Part shown: positions 27,536 through 40,607 of the stretch, piece after piece
How positions within the stretch are numbered: position 1 is the first letter of the stretch
Layout of the letters: each line of letters begins with the position of its first letter
Assembly (NCBI GenBank): GCA_951406725.2
Contig: OX597822.1
Span: forward strand, 99,882,001 to 99,946,000
Origin: Octopus vulgaris
Taxonomy: Eukaryota
Direction: 5' to 3'
Length of the DNA: 64,000 bases
The notes under the pieces: model-generated
What the model saw: only the letters and a program-made list of their open reading frames with translations
What the model was told of the DNA's origin: nothing
The model's database searches: none
Translations under genes and position numbers: made by a program

Positions 27536-29855
27536 CAAGGATTGTGGAAACTTTTCAAAGTTCCTTGGATTAACAACACTACTGGTGAAGCTTTACAACT
27601 GTATCCAGTACAAATCTTGACAATTACCAATAAATGGAAACATGCTGCATGAGAACTATGCAGGTGCGAAAACAGTGTTATCAGATACTACAGTATTCTA
27701 ATGTATCCAACATATCAAACTCCTCAGTTAGTATTTTATGTTTACTGTGATGATACCAATGTGATGTCCAGTGCAAAGTGTATGCATAACTTACTACAGA
27801 GCGAGGTCATTGGCAGTACCACCTGACCGTCCCTCGAGCCGGTGGCACGTAAAAGCACCCACTACACTCTCGGAGTGGTTGGCGTTAGGAAGGGCATCCA
27901 GCTGTAGAAACTCTGCCAGATCAAGATTGGAGCCTGGTGCAGCCATCTGGTTCGCCAGCCCTCAGTCAAATAGTCCAACCCATGCTAGCATGGAAAGCAG
28001 ATGTTAAACGATGATGATGATGATGATGACAGCTGTCATTGCAGTAACCTTATTGGTTTGCTGTTATTTAGTGAGAATTTGAAAACTCTTTGCTCATTAA
28101 TCCTTTAGTTGCCATATTTCTGTTGAAATTTATGGCCTTTGTTTTAGTAAATTTTGAAAATATGAAGAATTTAGCAAAATAACTTGCATAAAATGGGATT
28201 TGAAACATAAATTAACATGAAATTTTGAAGGAAGATTTTAATTTAGATCACATTCTCCCATCCAAAAAGCAGGAAGAATACACGCAGCAATGCATTCCTA
28301 GACACACACATCATCATCATCATCATCATTATCATCATCATCGTTTAACATCCGTTTTCCATGCTGGCATGGGTTGGACAATTTGATTGGGGACTGTCAA
28401 GTGCAGAGGCTGCACCAGGCTCCAATTTGATCTGGCAAGGTTTCTACAGCTGGATGCCCTTCCTAACACACAGTATATGAATAAAAGGCTATGACTCAAT
28501 ACAACATGAGATGGTCACCACGTCTGAATAAAAGCTGTGATAGAGCTATTAATAATTTAATTGAACTATGCATCCATATCAGACCAGCTTCTTCTGCATG
28601 CATTAGTGAATGTTTTTATGGCTCAGTAACTTTCTCAGCTCACTTGTGCTCAACTATTTTTGTAACTTTAACACTATTGATACCAATTTGCCTGAAACTG
28701 CTACTGATTCTATGTTAAATAGTTCTCATTTTTAAGTATCCTAAATTAAAACCTTTTATTAAATATTTCATACAATTAATGTTACCAAACACAAACTTTA
28801 AAAAATGACCAAGTTGTTTTACTAAATTCTTCGCTGTTTTCTTCTGAAGAGGAATGTTTGAAGGATCTCGGGAATAGGAAGTTCACTAGTGGTCCCCAGC
28901 TGCAAGTATATCCCTGTTGGGAGACCATCTTGTTTGCCGTAGATTTTCCACAGGGCTGAAGCCGCCGGTTGCCGGATCAGATGCTTCTGTTCAAAACAAG
29001 TTGAAACACAGGCAGTATATTTCAAGAGAAAATAACAAAAGGATTGGTGTCCCCAAAAAGATCTACTCACTCTTTGACAGACGATTACTAATTCGCAGGA
29101 ATGAGAGAGAACATTAAATCATTCTAAACGACAATAAATAATCGTTTCTACAACAATTTACTTTCCTGAATTTAATTTAGCGCCCGTTTGCCAGCTCCGT
29201 CTGGCACCTGTGCGGGTGGCACGTAAAAAGCACCCACTACACTCACGGAGTGGTTGGCGTTAGGAAGGGCATCCAGCCGTAGAAACATTGCCAGATAAGA
29301 CTGGAGCCTGGTGCAGCCTTCTGGCTTCCTAGACCCCAGTTGCACCGTCCAACCCATGCCAGCATGGAAAGCGGACACTAAACGATGATGATGATTAATG
29401 TAGTATATCCAAGAGATCTTTCTCACCCATCTCACTAAGTCTTCTGTTTTCAACACACCTGATTTACAATCATGCACTTTCGTGCATCTTTCAACAGAAA
29501 TATGGCTACCAGAGGGTTAAAGCACATTCTCCATTAAAAGGAACAACATAAAAGAAAAAGAACATTATTATTATTATTATCATTATTATCCTCATTATTA
29601 TTACTATTATTATGGTAGTGAGCTGGTAGAATCATTAACATATTGGACAAAATGCTTAGTGGCATTTCATCTGGTTTTATGTTTTGAGTTCAAATTCTGC
29701 CAAGGTTGATTTTGCCTTTCATCCTTTCAGGGGTTGATAAATGGAGTAGCAGTTGAACAAAGGGGCCGATGTAATCAACACTCCCCTCCCCCAAAATTTC
29801 AAGCCTTGTGCCTTTAGTAAAAAGGATTATTATTATTATTATTATTATTATTATT

Positions 29856-30410
29856 GAGTGAGAGAGCAGTGCATGCCATCAAAGTGACACTGGGATAAAA
29901 TATACGAAGCCCAGTATACCCATCATGACTACCCGTCTGATAAGGGTACACTAGGCACATGCATCACAACCATATGTGCGCGACATGGTGATCTCATATC
30001 AAGATAAACAGCGCATGATCTTGCAGGTGAGGCCCAGTTAGAATTTTCTTCAGGTCGAGTAGCCCATCCTGCTCAAAAGGTCCCTGAATAAGGGTTGTTT
30101 AAGGATGTTGAACGAAACACCCATGTTTCCAAAGGTGAATTATCCAAACCTCCAAGAATTCCTTTCAACACATGGCCATGATGCTCCCCCACTACTTCTG
30201 CTCGTGATCAGAGATGCACATATCGTCAGCCACTAAGGGACATGCTCAACTGGTTACGGTCAAACAACTGACAGGCAAATCTGTGGTATTGAGCAGAATA
30301 TTTGCTGTAGCCCATCTTTTATACCAAGACAAAACAATGTACATGATAACACTTCCAATCAGTTAAGATCAGGAGCCATGAGAGCCACTGTCTGGTACTG
30401 CATTGGGGCA
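29856..30410. mobile_element. Unclassified ~550-bp insertion within a (TTA)n microsatellite
   Basis: Sharp, more GC-rich block bounded on both sides by (ATT)n. No TIR and no ORF. Confidence 0.5.
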
Positions 30411-30441
<31 letters not shown>

Positions 30442-30797
30442 TATTGACTTTTAACATTGTACAAGGTCACACATATTTTCTTTTTATTTAAGAGAGACAG
30501 GAAGTGTACAGTGTTGATTATGGCAACCCAATATTGACTAGTACTTATAATAAATAATGTTATTTAAATTCTGTATGAGGTGGTCGAAATTTTAGTCAGT
30601 AGATTGTAAATCTATTTATAAGTGTTTTACTTTCTCATGGTCTTATATTTTAATTAAAAGGTAAAGCTGACGTCCTCCAGGATTTGAGCTCAGAATGTAA
30701 ATAGCAGTAAGTAAACACCACATGGCATTTTATCACTGCTCTAATGATTTTTCCAATCTTCCACCCCTTCATTATCATTAAAATTACCAACTACAAA

Positions 30798-31170
30798 GGC
30801 GGTGAGCTGGCAGAATCATTAGCACGCCAGGTGAAATACTTAGCAGTATTTCATCTGCCGTTACGTTCTCAGTTCAAATTCCACCGAGGTCGACTTTGCC
30901 TTTCATCCTTTCAGGGTCGATAAATTAAGTACCAGTTATGCACTGGGGTCGACGTAGTCGACTTAATCCGTTTGTCTGTCCTTGTTTGTCCTCTTGTGGG
31001 TAGTAAAGAAATAAATATTTCGTCTGTCTTTATGTTCTGAGTTCAAATTCTATGAAAGCCAACTTTACTTTTCATCCTTTCGGGGCCAATGGAATAAGTA
31101 CCAGTTAAAACTGGGGTTAATGCAATCACCTTATGCTTCCCACCAAACTTAGAAGCCCTGTGCCAAAATC
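30798..31170 (+). mobile_element. SINE family B (one full plus one partial copy)
   Basis: Family B head and core. Confidence 0.8.
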
Positions 31171-32254
31171 TGAAATCAATATTTACAACTGCAATCTTAA
31201 ATGAATATCCCATGTCAAAATTAGTTCACTTGATCTACAGCGTATCTTTATATTTATTTTCATTAAGACAAATTCCGTCTTCGGTTTTATATTATTTACT
31301 AAAGCCAAACATCTGAATGTCATTGAAACAATGTAAACCTCTTCTAAAGACAGCAGTACCGATCAAAGGAATGGTGATTAGTGTCAACAAGAGGATATAG
31401 TAATCAAACGTAGACATTTTAAGTGAAGGTTACATGAACTTACGATGGCCTTTCTAACAGGTACACATTATATTTACACCTCTAAATGGACACAGCAAAT
31501 ACAAGATTGGAACACTGACTTACTAAACTGCATAATGTTGACAAACTGGTGTTTTCAAGACGGCTACTTAAGAATGAACTGTCTGGAATCAAATAACGTA
31601 ATAAAATTCTTAGCATTTACAAATAATGCCTTGAATTAAAATAAAAAAAAATTCATCACACCATCATCATTTAATGTCCGCTTTTCCATGCTTGCATGAG
31701 TCGGATGGAATTTGTTGAGGCAGGTTTTCCACAGCTGGATGCTCTTCCTGTCACTAACCCTCCCCTGTTTTCAAGCAAGGTAATAATTGTCACATGGTCG
31801 GACATGTATTCCATGGAATAATGAGGAAACATCACAAAAGAGACTGATAGAATAAGTACTAGGCTTACAAAGAATAAGTCCTGGGGTTGATACTAATTTA
31901 CAGCCATCATATAATGTCAAGACAAGAGTATACACAAAACACGTCAACAGCATTGCCATCATTGTTTTAAGATCCATTTTCCACTAACTTGCATACACAC
32001 ACATACACGCACACGCACACATACACACACACACATGCATGTGCACACACAAACAGACCTTGCTTCTCTCAGTTTCTGTCAACCAAACAGCTTACAACGT
32101 TCTGGTCAGCTCAGGATTATAGTAGAAGACATTTGCCCAAGGTGCCCTGCAGTGAGACAGAACCAGAGACCACATATTTGGGAAGCAATCTTCTTAAACA
32201 AACAACCATACCTGCCCCTAATGTCATATTGAAAGACAATAAAAGGATTATACT

Positions 32255-32471
32255 CTTTTACACGTTTCAGTCATTTGACTGTGGCCATGCTGGAGCATCG
32301 CCTTTAGTCGAACAAATCGATCCGAAGACTTATTCTTTGTAAGCCTAGTACTTATTCTATCTGTCTCTTTTGCTGAACTGCTAAGTAATGGGGATGTAAA
32401 CATACCAGCATCGGTTGTCAAGCGATGTTGAGGGTACAAACACAGACACACAAACGTATACACACACACAT

Positions 32472-32517
<46 letters not shown>

Positions 32518-32677
32518 AGCTTCTTTCAGTTTCTGTCTACCAAATCCACTCACAAGGATTTGGTCAGCCCAATGCTTTGGTAGAAAACACTTGCCCAAGA
32601 TGCCACACAGTGGGACTGAACCCAGAACCATGTGGTTGGTAAGCAAGCTACTTACCACACAGCCACTCCTACGCCTC
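32255..32677 (-). mobile_element. SINE family A
   Basis: Full copy. Confidence 0.85.
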
Positions 32678-33082
32678 CTACATTAGTTTAATAAAGACAA
32701 TTATTTTACTAAATTCTTCATTATTTCCAAAATTAATTGAAAGAAAGGCAATGTATTTTCATAAGAATATGGTGATGAAAAAATTGAAGGCATTAAAGTG
32801 TGATTTGGCCAAGAAACCCAGTACAAACTCCTTCATTGATAAACTCATATGCATTTATAAGCCGGAGGTTCTTTATAAGCTATGTTTAAAAGTAAAACTT
32901 GTAAGGTGAAGCGGAAGACTCGGAAAAAATGAAAAGTACGAAAAATATGCATAAAATTTTCAGACAAGTGGAAATAAATATATAAATAATGTTGAAATGT
33001 GGAACAAAACACACACACACACACACATGCACCTACGTACACATGTACATAATAATGAGTAGTGGTTATTGATATGGATGGA

Positions 33083-33465
33083 AGCACTCCGTCGGTTACG
33101 ACGATGAGGGTTCCGGTTGATCCGAATCAACGGAACAGCCTGCTCGTGAAATTAACGTGTAAGTGGCTGAGCACTCCACAGACACGTGCACCCTTAACGT
33201 AGTTCTCGGGGATATTCAGCGTGACACAAAGAGTGACAAGGCCGGCCCCTTGAAATACAGGTACAACAGAAACAGGAAGTAAGAGTGAGAGAAAGTTGTG
33301 GTGAAAGAGTACAGCAGGGATCACCACCATCCCCTGCCGGAGCCTCGTGGAGCTTTTAGGTGTTTTTGCTCAATAAACACTCACAAACGCCCGGTCTGGG
33401 AATCGAAACCGCGATCTTATGACCGCGAGTTCCCTGCCCTAACCACTGGGCCATTGTGCCTCCAC
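33083..33465 (-). mobile_element. SINE family D (CpG-rich, young-looking)
   Basis: Minus strand tRNA head TGGCCCAGTGGTTAGGGC..GGTTTCGATTCCC; homologous to 22486-22855. Confidence 0.8.
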
Positions 33466-33633
33466 TAGGTTATTGACAAGGGAAATAAAGGTTGGCAGTC
33501 ATGTAAAAGTTTAATCAAAAATGATTATGGTTGATCCACAAAACTAATATTTACTAGAGAAATAGCTAAACCAGAAAGAAATGTTAGGAGAATTGAAAAC
33601 CTTTTCATTCATATTTGTGTCAATATATATGTA

Positions 33634-33676
<43 letters not shown>

Positions 33677-34393
33677 GTTTATGGTAATATAGAGATTTGA
33701 ATGGAAAGAATACTGTTTAATAGCATGAATATTCTCTCATGACATAGGCGTTTATGGGGATGAAATAGTGCAGGTAAATAGGTTATAAATAATTTGTAGA
33801 AATGGGAAATTCCACAGTAATAAAAGAAAAACATTTGTATTTTTTTTCTTTTTTTCATATACTTTATCAGCAAGAGGAAACTAGTTATATCCATTATGTC
33901 AAATAATTAGCCATAAAACATTCAATCTGAGCACAATTCTATTTCACATTAGAAAAAAAGATCAAACATATTACTTTCTTTTGTTTATTTATCTATTTAT
34001 TTATTTGTTTGTTTGTTTATTTGTTTGTATATGCAATTTCATTAGGACTTTCCTGAAATCACATCAAAGATTGTCAATAGAAAATTTATTGCAGTAAAAT
34101 GTTTTTATTTCTGGGTCCTTTTGTTACCATATTTCTGTTAAAATATACTGCTTTTTTACCCTCCAATTGATATTATAAATAACAAAAACATTGCCAAATA
34201 ACTTTCTCGTTATTAAGGTGGAGTTTGGAATATAAATTAACAGGAAATTTTTGAAGAGTGGTTTTAATTTAAATCACTTTCAAACAGGAAGTTTGTATCA
34301 TAGAATCAAGGACCACCACCATCAATTCACCATAGAGAAAGTTCACCACAAGGAAAGCTTACTGAGAAAATATATCCATAGTATCTCACCATT

Positions 34394-35053
34394 CTTCTTC
34401 CTACCTTTAACCCTCCAACGCAGAGTATAGGCCACTTATAATTGAATTCCATGCTGCATAATTTTTCGCTTCTGTACTTATACTCTGCCTTGAATGTCCC
34501 CCTTTCTCTAGTTCCTTTTGTGTTGATCTACGCCACGAGTTCTTAGGCCTACCTCTCTTTCTATATCCATTCGGTTTCCACTGTAAAGCACTTTTCGCTA
34601 CATTTGGTGTGTCTTTTCTAATTGTGCTACCAATCCACTTCCACTTTTTCTTAAATATTTGCTCCCTAATCGAAACTTGATTTGTTCTTTGCCATAGCTC
34701 CATATTGCTTGTGTGTTCGGGTCATCTAATTTTGAGTATACTACGCAAGCATCTGTTGATGAATGATTGTATTTGCTTATTTGACTTAACTGTTGTTCGC
34801 CATGTCTCAGCCCCATACAATAACACCGCTTTTACGTTAGTATTAAAAATTCTTATTTTGTTCTTTATTGAAATTACACTTGCGCTCCATATTTTTTTCA
34901 ACAGGTGAAAAGCGGTCCTTGCCTTACTTATTCTTGTCTTAATATCCTCATCGTCGCTGCCAATAAACGTTATCTTACTACCTAAATACGTTAACTCGGC
35001 TACATCCTTTAGTTCACCGGTTTCTAGTTTAATACGTTCGCTGCTTTCTTCAT
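34394..35053 (-). mobile_element. 5'-truncated RTE-clade LINE (RT C-terminus)
   Basis: TYLGS..DIKTRISKARTAF..VLLYGAETW..WKWIG..RKRGRPKNSWRR. (GAA) tail and a 10-bp TSD TCTCACCATT (34384-34393, 35054-35063). Confidence 0.9.
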
Positions 35054-35142
35054 TCTCACCATTAATAGTTAAAAACTATTTTTTGGGGGGAAAAAAATGG
35101 AAAGAAAAATTAAAGTTGAAAAATTACATCAAAAAATTCATA

Positions 35143-35522
35143 TACTCTTTTACTTGTTTCAGTCATTTGACTACGGCCATGATGGAGCACCGCCTTTAGT
35201 CGAGCAAATCGACCCCGGGACTTATTCTTTGTAAGCCCAGTACTTATTCTATCGGTCTCTTTTGCCGAACTGCTAAGTGACGGGGACGTAAACACACCAA
35301 CATCGGTTGCCAAGCAATGCTAGGGGGACAAACACAGACACACAAACACATATATATCTATATATACATATATACGACAGGCTTCTTTCAGTTTCCGTCT
35401 ACCAAATCCATTCACAAGGCATTGGTTGACCCGGGGCTATAGCAGAAGACACTTGCCCAAGATGCCACGCAGTGGGACTGAACCCGGAACCATGTGGTTG
35501 GTTAGCAAGCTACTTACCACAC
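35143..35522 (-). mobile_element. SINE family A
   Basis: Near-full copy. Confidence 0.85.
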
Positions 35523-36802
35523 ATGATGAATTGATGACACTGCACTTACCAAACATGGGACAGTTTTAGGTGAGTTGGTACCAATAGGGTTAGCTATAAA
35601 TTTTCTTCAGTTACAAGTTAAATATGAGCAATTCAGCAAAATATTTTTACTTCTTAATCCTTTTGTTATTATATTTCAGTTAAAATACACTGCCTTTCTT
35701 TCAATTAATTATGAAAATAATGAAGTATTTATTAAAATAACTATGTTGTCATTAAGCTGTTACTTGGAACATTGATAAACATAGAATTTTAATGAAAGAA
35801 GGTTTTTATTTAGATCATTTTAAAAGAGGAAATTTGTATTGTAGAATCAAAGGAAGTCTTAGGTGGGTTGATATCAAAAGTATTCAAGCAGGAAGTTTAG
35901 ATCACAGAATCAGGGACAATCACAGGCAGGTTGATATCAAAAGGGTTAAACAACAACTTTTCTTTAGTCATAAGTTAAATAAGAGTGTTCAGCAAAGCCT
36001 TTGTACTTCTTAAGTCTACCATGAAATTTCCATATCGACAACAATGGAAAATATGGAAAGCATTAAGTTATGCAAATTCACTTCCCTTGCATCAAGGGTG
36101 GCCTACACAGAATACATTTTATGTGTTTGCTCAGTTGATAAAAATAATTTGGGATGCCTTTGCAAATTTTATCCGTCATCATCATCATCATCATCATTGT
36201 TTTCATGTCCACTTTTCAATGACTGCATGGAAATTGTTGAAGTTGATTTCCTATGGTCAAGTGTTCTTCCTGTCATCAATCCCCACCTGTTTCAAGCAAA
36301 GTAATATTTCCCCTTGGTTGGATATATTTATCACAGAAGACTGGAAATGAATGACACTGCTTATATGACAGTGGCATTCATTTACAACTTATCACATAAC
36401 GTCAAGGAAAGAACACAGAAACACACTCACACATACTCATTCTCTAAGGATTTTTTCTTCCTTTTTTGTTCTTGATTGTCAAGACAACTTTACAAAGATA
36501 TTTACATTTGTGGAACAATTGCAAAAGAAATTATTAAGATGATGAGGATGATGAAAAAAACTAACAATTTGTTCATTATATTATTTTACTTGTTTCCATC
36601 ATTAGACTACAGCCACGCTGGAGCACCACCTTGAGCAAATTGACTCCAGGACTTATTTCTTCAGCCTAGTACTTATTCTATCACTTTCTTTAGCTGAACT
36701 GCTAAGTTATGGGGATGTAGGCACACCAACACTGGTTGTCAAATGGTGATGGGGAACAAATACACACACAAAAACACAAGCTTAGTTATATACATACATA
36801 CA

Positions 36803-36833
<31 letters not shown>

Positions 36834-36920
36834 GTACATGTATACATATATACAATATATACACATGCATATACAAATTTCCCTTTGTATAAGGGTCATT
36901 TTTCATAGCATTTTTCCGAT

Positions 36921-36990
36921 GGCCAGATAACTGAAGATGGTGGCATGGATTTCCACCTCGGCATCTGAAACTCGGAGTTTTACCTTGGCT
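36921..36990 (+). ncRNA. Degenerate type I hammerhead motif
   Basis: GCCAGATAA-CTGAAGA-TGGTG...CATCT-GAAA-CTCGGAG-TT-TTACCTTGGC. Confidence 0.5.
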
Positions 36991-37275
36991 ACCGAATAAT
37001 TGTCACATATTATTTTACAGATAAATTCTTCTATTTACATAATATTGAGGTCTCTTTCTTTCTTTTGTCATCTTACTGTTTTTATCAATATATATCATCA
37101 TCATCATCATTTAGCATCCGTTCTCCATGCTAGCATGGGTTGGACGGTTCAACTGGGGTCTGTGAAGCTGGAAGGCTTCATCAGGCCCAGTCAGATCTGG
37201 CAGTGTTTCTACGGCTGGATGCCCTTCCTAACGCCAACCACTCCGTGAGTGTAGTGGGTGCTTTTTACGTGCCAC

Positions 37276-37318
<43 letters not shown>

Positions 37319-38469
37319 CACACACGAGTGAGTGGACAAGCAAAAGAAAAGGGCACTCATCACATTTAAAACCTGGTCAGGTACCCTCATCAAATAATAT
37401 TTATTCAACTGATATGAGTAATACAAATTGTGGTAATACAGGTGGGAAAAGTATTTCTTAACTCATCTCAGTGTTTATGATGATACTAAATTAATGTTGA
37501 CCATTACACAAATACTCTAATTTTAAAAGATGCATTAATTAAGATGTGTCAATCAAAGACAACACTCCCATTGCTAATGTAATCAATGGACAATATTACA
37601 AACCTTATGTTAATTAAAAAAGGTGTGTTCTATTTACATTTTTCATATTTTTGATGCAGATCAAATACTGAACTGGCGACAGACCCCTTTATATAACTAA
37701 ATACATTATATATAATTATTTCGTTTTAGATATACAAACACAAATTGCTTTGCTGTGAAGTCTTAACTCAACCCTGACTAAGCAGATTTGTGATCAAAGG
37801 CCTTCAAACTATGTGTGTTCCACCTTTTCTAGAGGATATCTTTGAATGCATTATCTGATGTATCCTCTCTTTATTTAACATAGTGGAGTGCAGGTGTGAG
37901 TGTGTGCTTGAGATTTTTGCTTTGCTTTGCAATCCAATGGCTTTGGGTTCAGCCCCACTACAAGGTACCTTTGCAACTCTCTTCTGTTACAGTTCCGAAC
38001 TGGTGAAAGTTTTCTGAGTATATGGAAGGTAAAAAAAAAGGTGTGTTATGTGTTGTCTTGACTGTGCATCGTAGCTGTAAGCAAGCATTACCATCATACA
38101 AGTGGTGCCCTTCATTCCCAATCTTTGAAGAAAGCATATCCAGCCAGGCAGTGACCATTACCTTACTTAGAAGTGAGGGTTGGCAACATAAAAAGCATCC
38201 ATCCCTAGAAAATCTGCCTCAATGAAGTCCATCTGACTCATGCAAATATGGAAAAGAGGACAGTAAAGCAATGATAATGATTTGTGGAAGACTTGGCTTA
38301 TCTAAAAGAAATCTATAACCAAAGGCAATCCAGCTGTGACCATCTCATTTAATTCTTTTTGTACTCCTTGCATTGTATTGTCTAATGTGGATGCAGGCTG
38401 AGTGGTCACTTTTAAAGTTATGTACAACTATGTTGTGTATCCTTTTCTTATTTAACAGGGTGTGATCTT

Positions 38470-38700
38470 ATTTCTTTATTGCCCGCAAGGGGTTACACAC
38501 AGAGGGGACAAACAAGGACAGACAAACGGATTAAGTTGATTATATCGACCCCAGTGCGTAACTGGTACTTATTTAATTGACCCTGAAAGGATGAAAGGTA
38601 AAGTCGACCTCGGCAGAATTTGAACTCAGAACATAGTGGCAGACGAAATACTGCTAAGCATTTCGCCCAGTGTGCTAACATTTCTGCCAGCTTGCCACCT
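38470..38700 (-). mobile_element. SINE family B
   Basis: Full copy. Confidence 0.8.
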
Positions 38701-39173
38701 TAAACAAGGTGTGATCTGTGAGAGATTTGACTATTATTTCTAGTATATTGGCTGACCACATTAAGGTTCCTATGTTGGTGTGAGTGAATACTTCATTCAC
38801 AATACTTATTCATTGAACAAGTTAATGTCATCACACAAAATTACAACTTACGTTTCTCTGGCTTCCTCCAACGTGAAACAGAGAAAGTATTTAACATTTA
38901 ACTAAATGACCTTTTAATTAGATATTGGTCATGATGCTTAAATAGTGATTAAATGAAGATATAAAATAAAAATCACACACAAACACACAAGAATTAAAAA
39001 TATCTAAAATAAAAAGAAAAGAAAAAAAGAGAATAAAAAAAAACTAAATCTTCAGACATAGCTGTGTGGTTAAGAAACTTGCTTCCCAACCAAGTGTTTT
39101 GAGGTTCAATCCTATTGCATAGCACCTTGAACCTACATAGTCTTGTGAGAGGATTTGATAGAAAAAAGGCTGT

Positions 39174-39209
<36 letters not shown>

Positions 39210-39213
<4 letters not shown>

Positions 39214-39640
39214 GAGATGGCAGAATCATTATATTCTGAGTTCAAATTCTACCAAGATCGACTTTGCTTTTCATCCTTTCATGATTGATGACATAGAGTT
39301 TGATGACAGAAACACCAGTTGTGCACTTAAGGCGGCCAGCTGGCAGAAACGCTAGCACGCCAGATGAAATGCTTAGTGGTATTTCGTCTGCTGCTACGTT
39401 CTGAGTTCAAATTCCACCGAGGTCAATTTTGCCTTTCATCCTTTTGTGGGTCGATAAATTAAGTACCAGTTATGCACTGGGGTTGATGTTATCAACTTAA
39501 TCCGTGTGTCTGTCCTTGTTTGTCCCCTCTATGTTTAGCCCCTTGTGGGCAATAAAGAAATAAGAAATACCAGTTGTGCACTGGGATCGATGTCATCAAC
39601 TAGCCTCCTACCACAAAATATCAGACTTTGTGCCTTTAGT
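39210..39640 (+). mobile_element. SINE family B nested in an older family-B copy
   Basis: Inner copy ~39329-39562 is flanked by AGAAA(C/T)ACCAGTTGTGCACT. Confidence 0.75.
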
Positions 39641-40137
39641 AGAAAGAATATAAATGTTTGTGTGTGTGTCCAATATCACATGATGTATATAAAATGAGCA
39701 TCTCTATCATACAAGCCACGCTGTTCTTTCCCAGTCTTCTATGAAAAACATTTGGCTAAGTGGAAATATTACCTTACTTGGAAACAGGTCAGGGTTGGTA
39801 ACAGAAAAGGAATTTAGCTGTAGAAAATATGCCTCAACAAATTCTGTCTCATCTATACAAACATGGAAAAGTGGACATTAAAACAATGACGATGATGATG
39901 ATGGTTGTCGTTGTTGTTGTTGTCGTCATTGTCCTGTAATCCTTAACTCCCCAATTTCCTATGACGGCTTGCTTTCTTTTTAAAAGACCAATCCCAAAAT
40001 TATAAGGAGTTTTTAACAGCTTTTAGTTTTTGTTTTAAAGTAAAAATGTTATTGTTTTCTTCATTTAATAACAAATTATATATATATTCATATAATTAGT
40101 TTGTTTTACTTTTTTCACTCCCTCTCTCTCACTCTAT

Positions 40138-40172
<35 letters not shown>

Positions 40173-40553
40173 GGGAGAGAGAGAGAGAGGGGGGAGAGAG
40201 AGAGAGAGAGAGATCCTAATTGTGTACTTTGGAAAATAGACAACCTCAACTGGGGCTGAAATATTTAACAAAATGTTTGAAAAAGAATCATTTTTTTGTG
40301 AAAAAAAAATTTACAATCTTCCAATGTAGTAAATTTTGTTAAACACTTTCATACTTCCATTCCCCCCCCCCTCCTCCACATTCTCATGCAGGGAGTTTGA
40401 AATTCTTTTCAAACGAAGTCTTTATATACTTTTATTATTATGGAACAATGTTGTTTAATTTCTCATGGGTCATTAAAGAAGATTGCAGCTGACTACCACA
40501 GACAACCTTGAAAGGACAGGAGCAAACAAAAGGAAATGCCACGCCATATATAG

Positions 40554-40607
<54 letters not shown>

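Noticed and set aside
28491-28718. 75-aa ORF in apparently unique sequence
   Set aside because: The opposite strand resembles a decayed RTE C-terminus (STSELRKLL..), so it is probably LINE debris.
29061-29123. Possible exon before a GTGAGT donor on the minus strand
   Set aside because: Stops in all three frames and no further support.
29930-29960. CTGATAA / possible ribozyme at the end of the TAA-flanked element
   Set aside because: No GAAA or closing stems, and I could not build an HDV-like fold by eye.
38852-38901. Possible minus-strand micro-exon with GTAAGT donor, or an AT-AC intron end
   Set aside because: No U12 branch site and a weak acceptor; likely chance.
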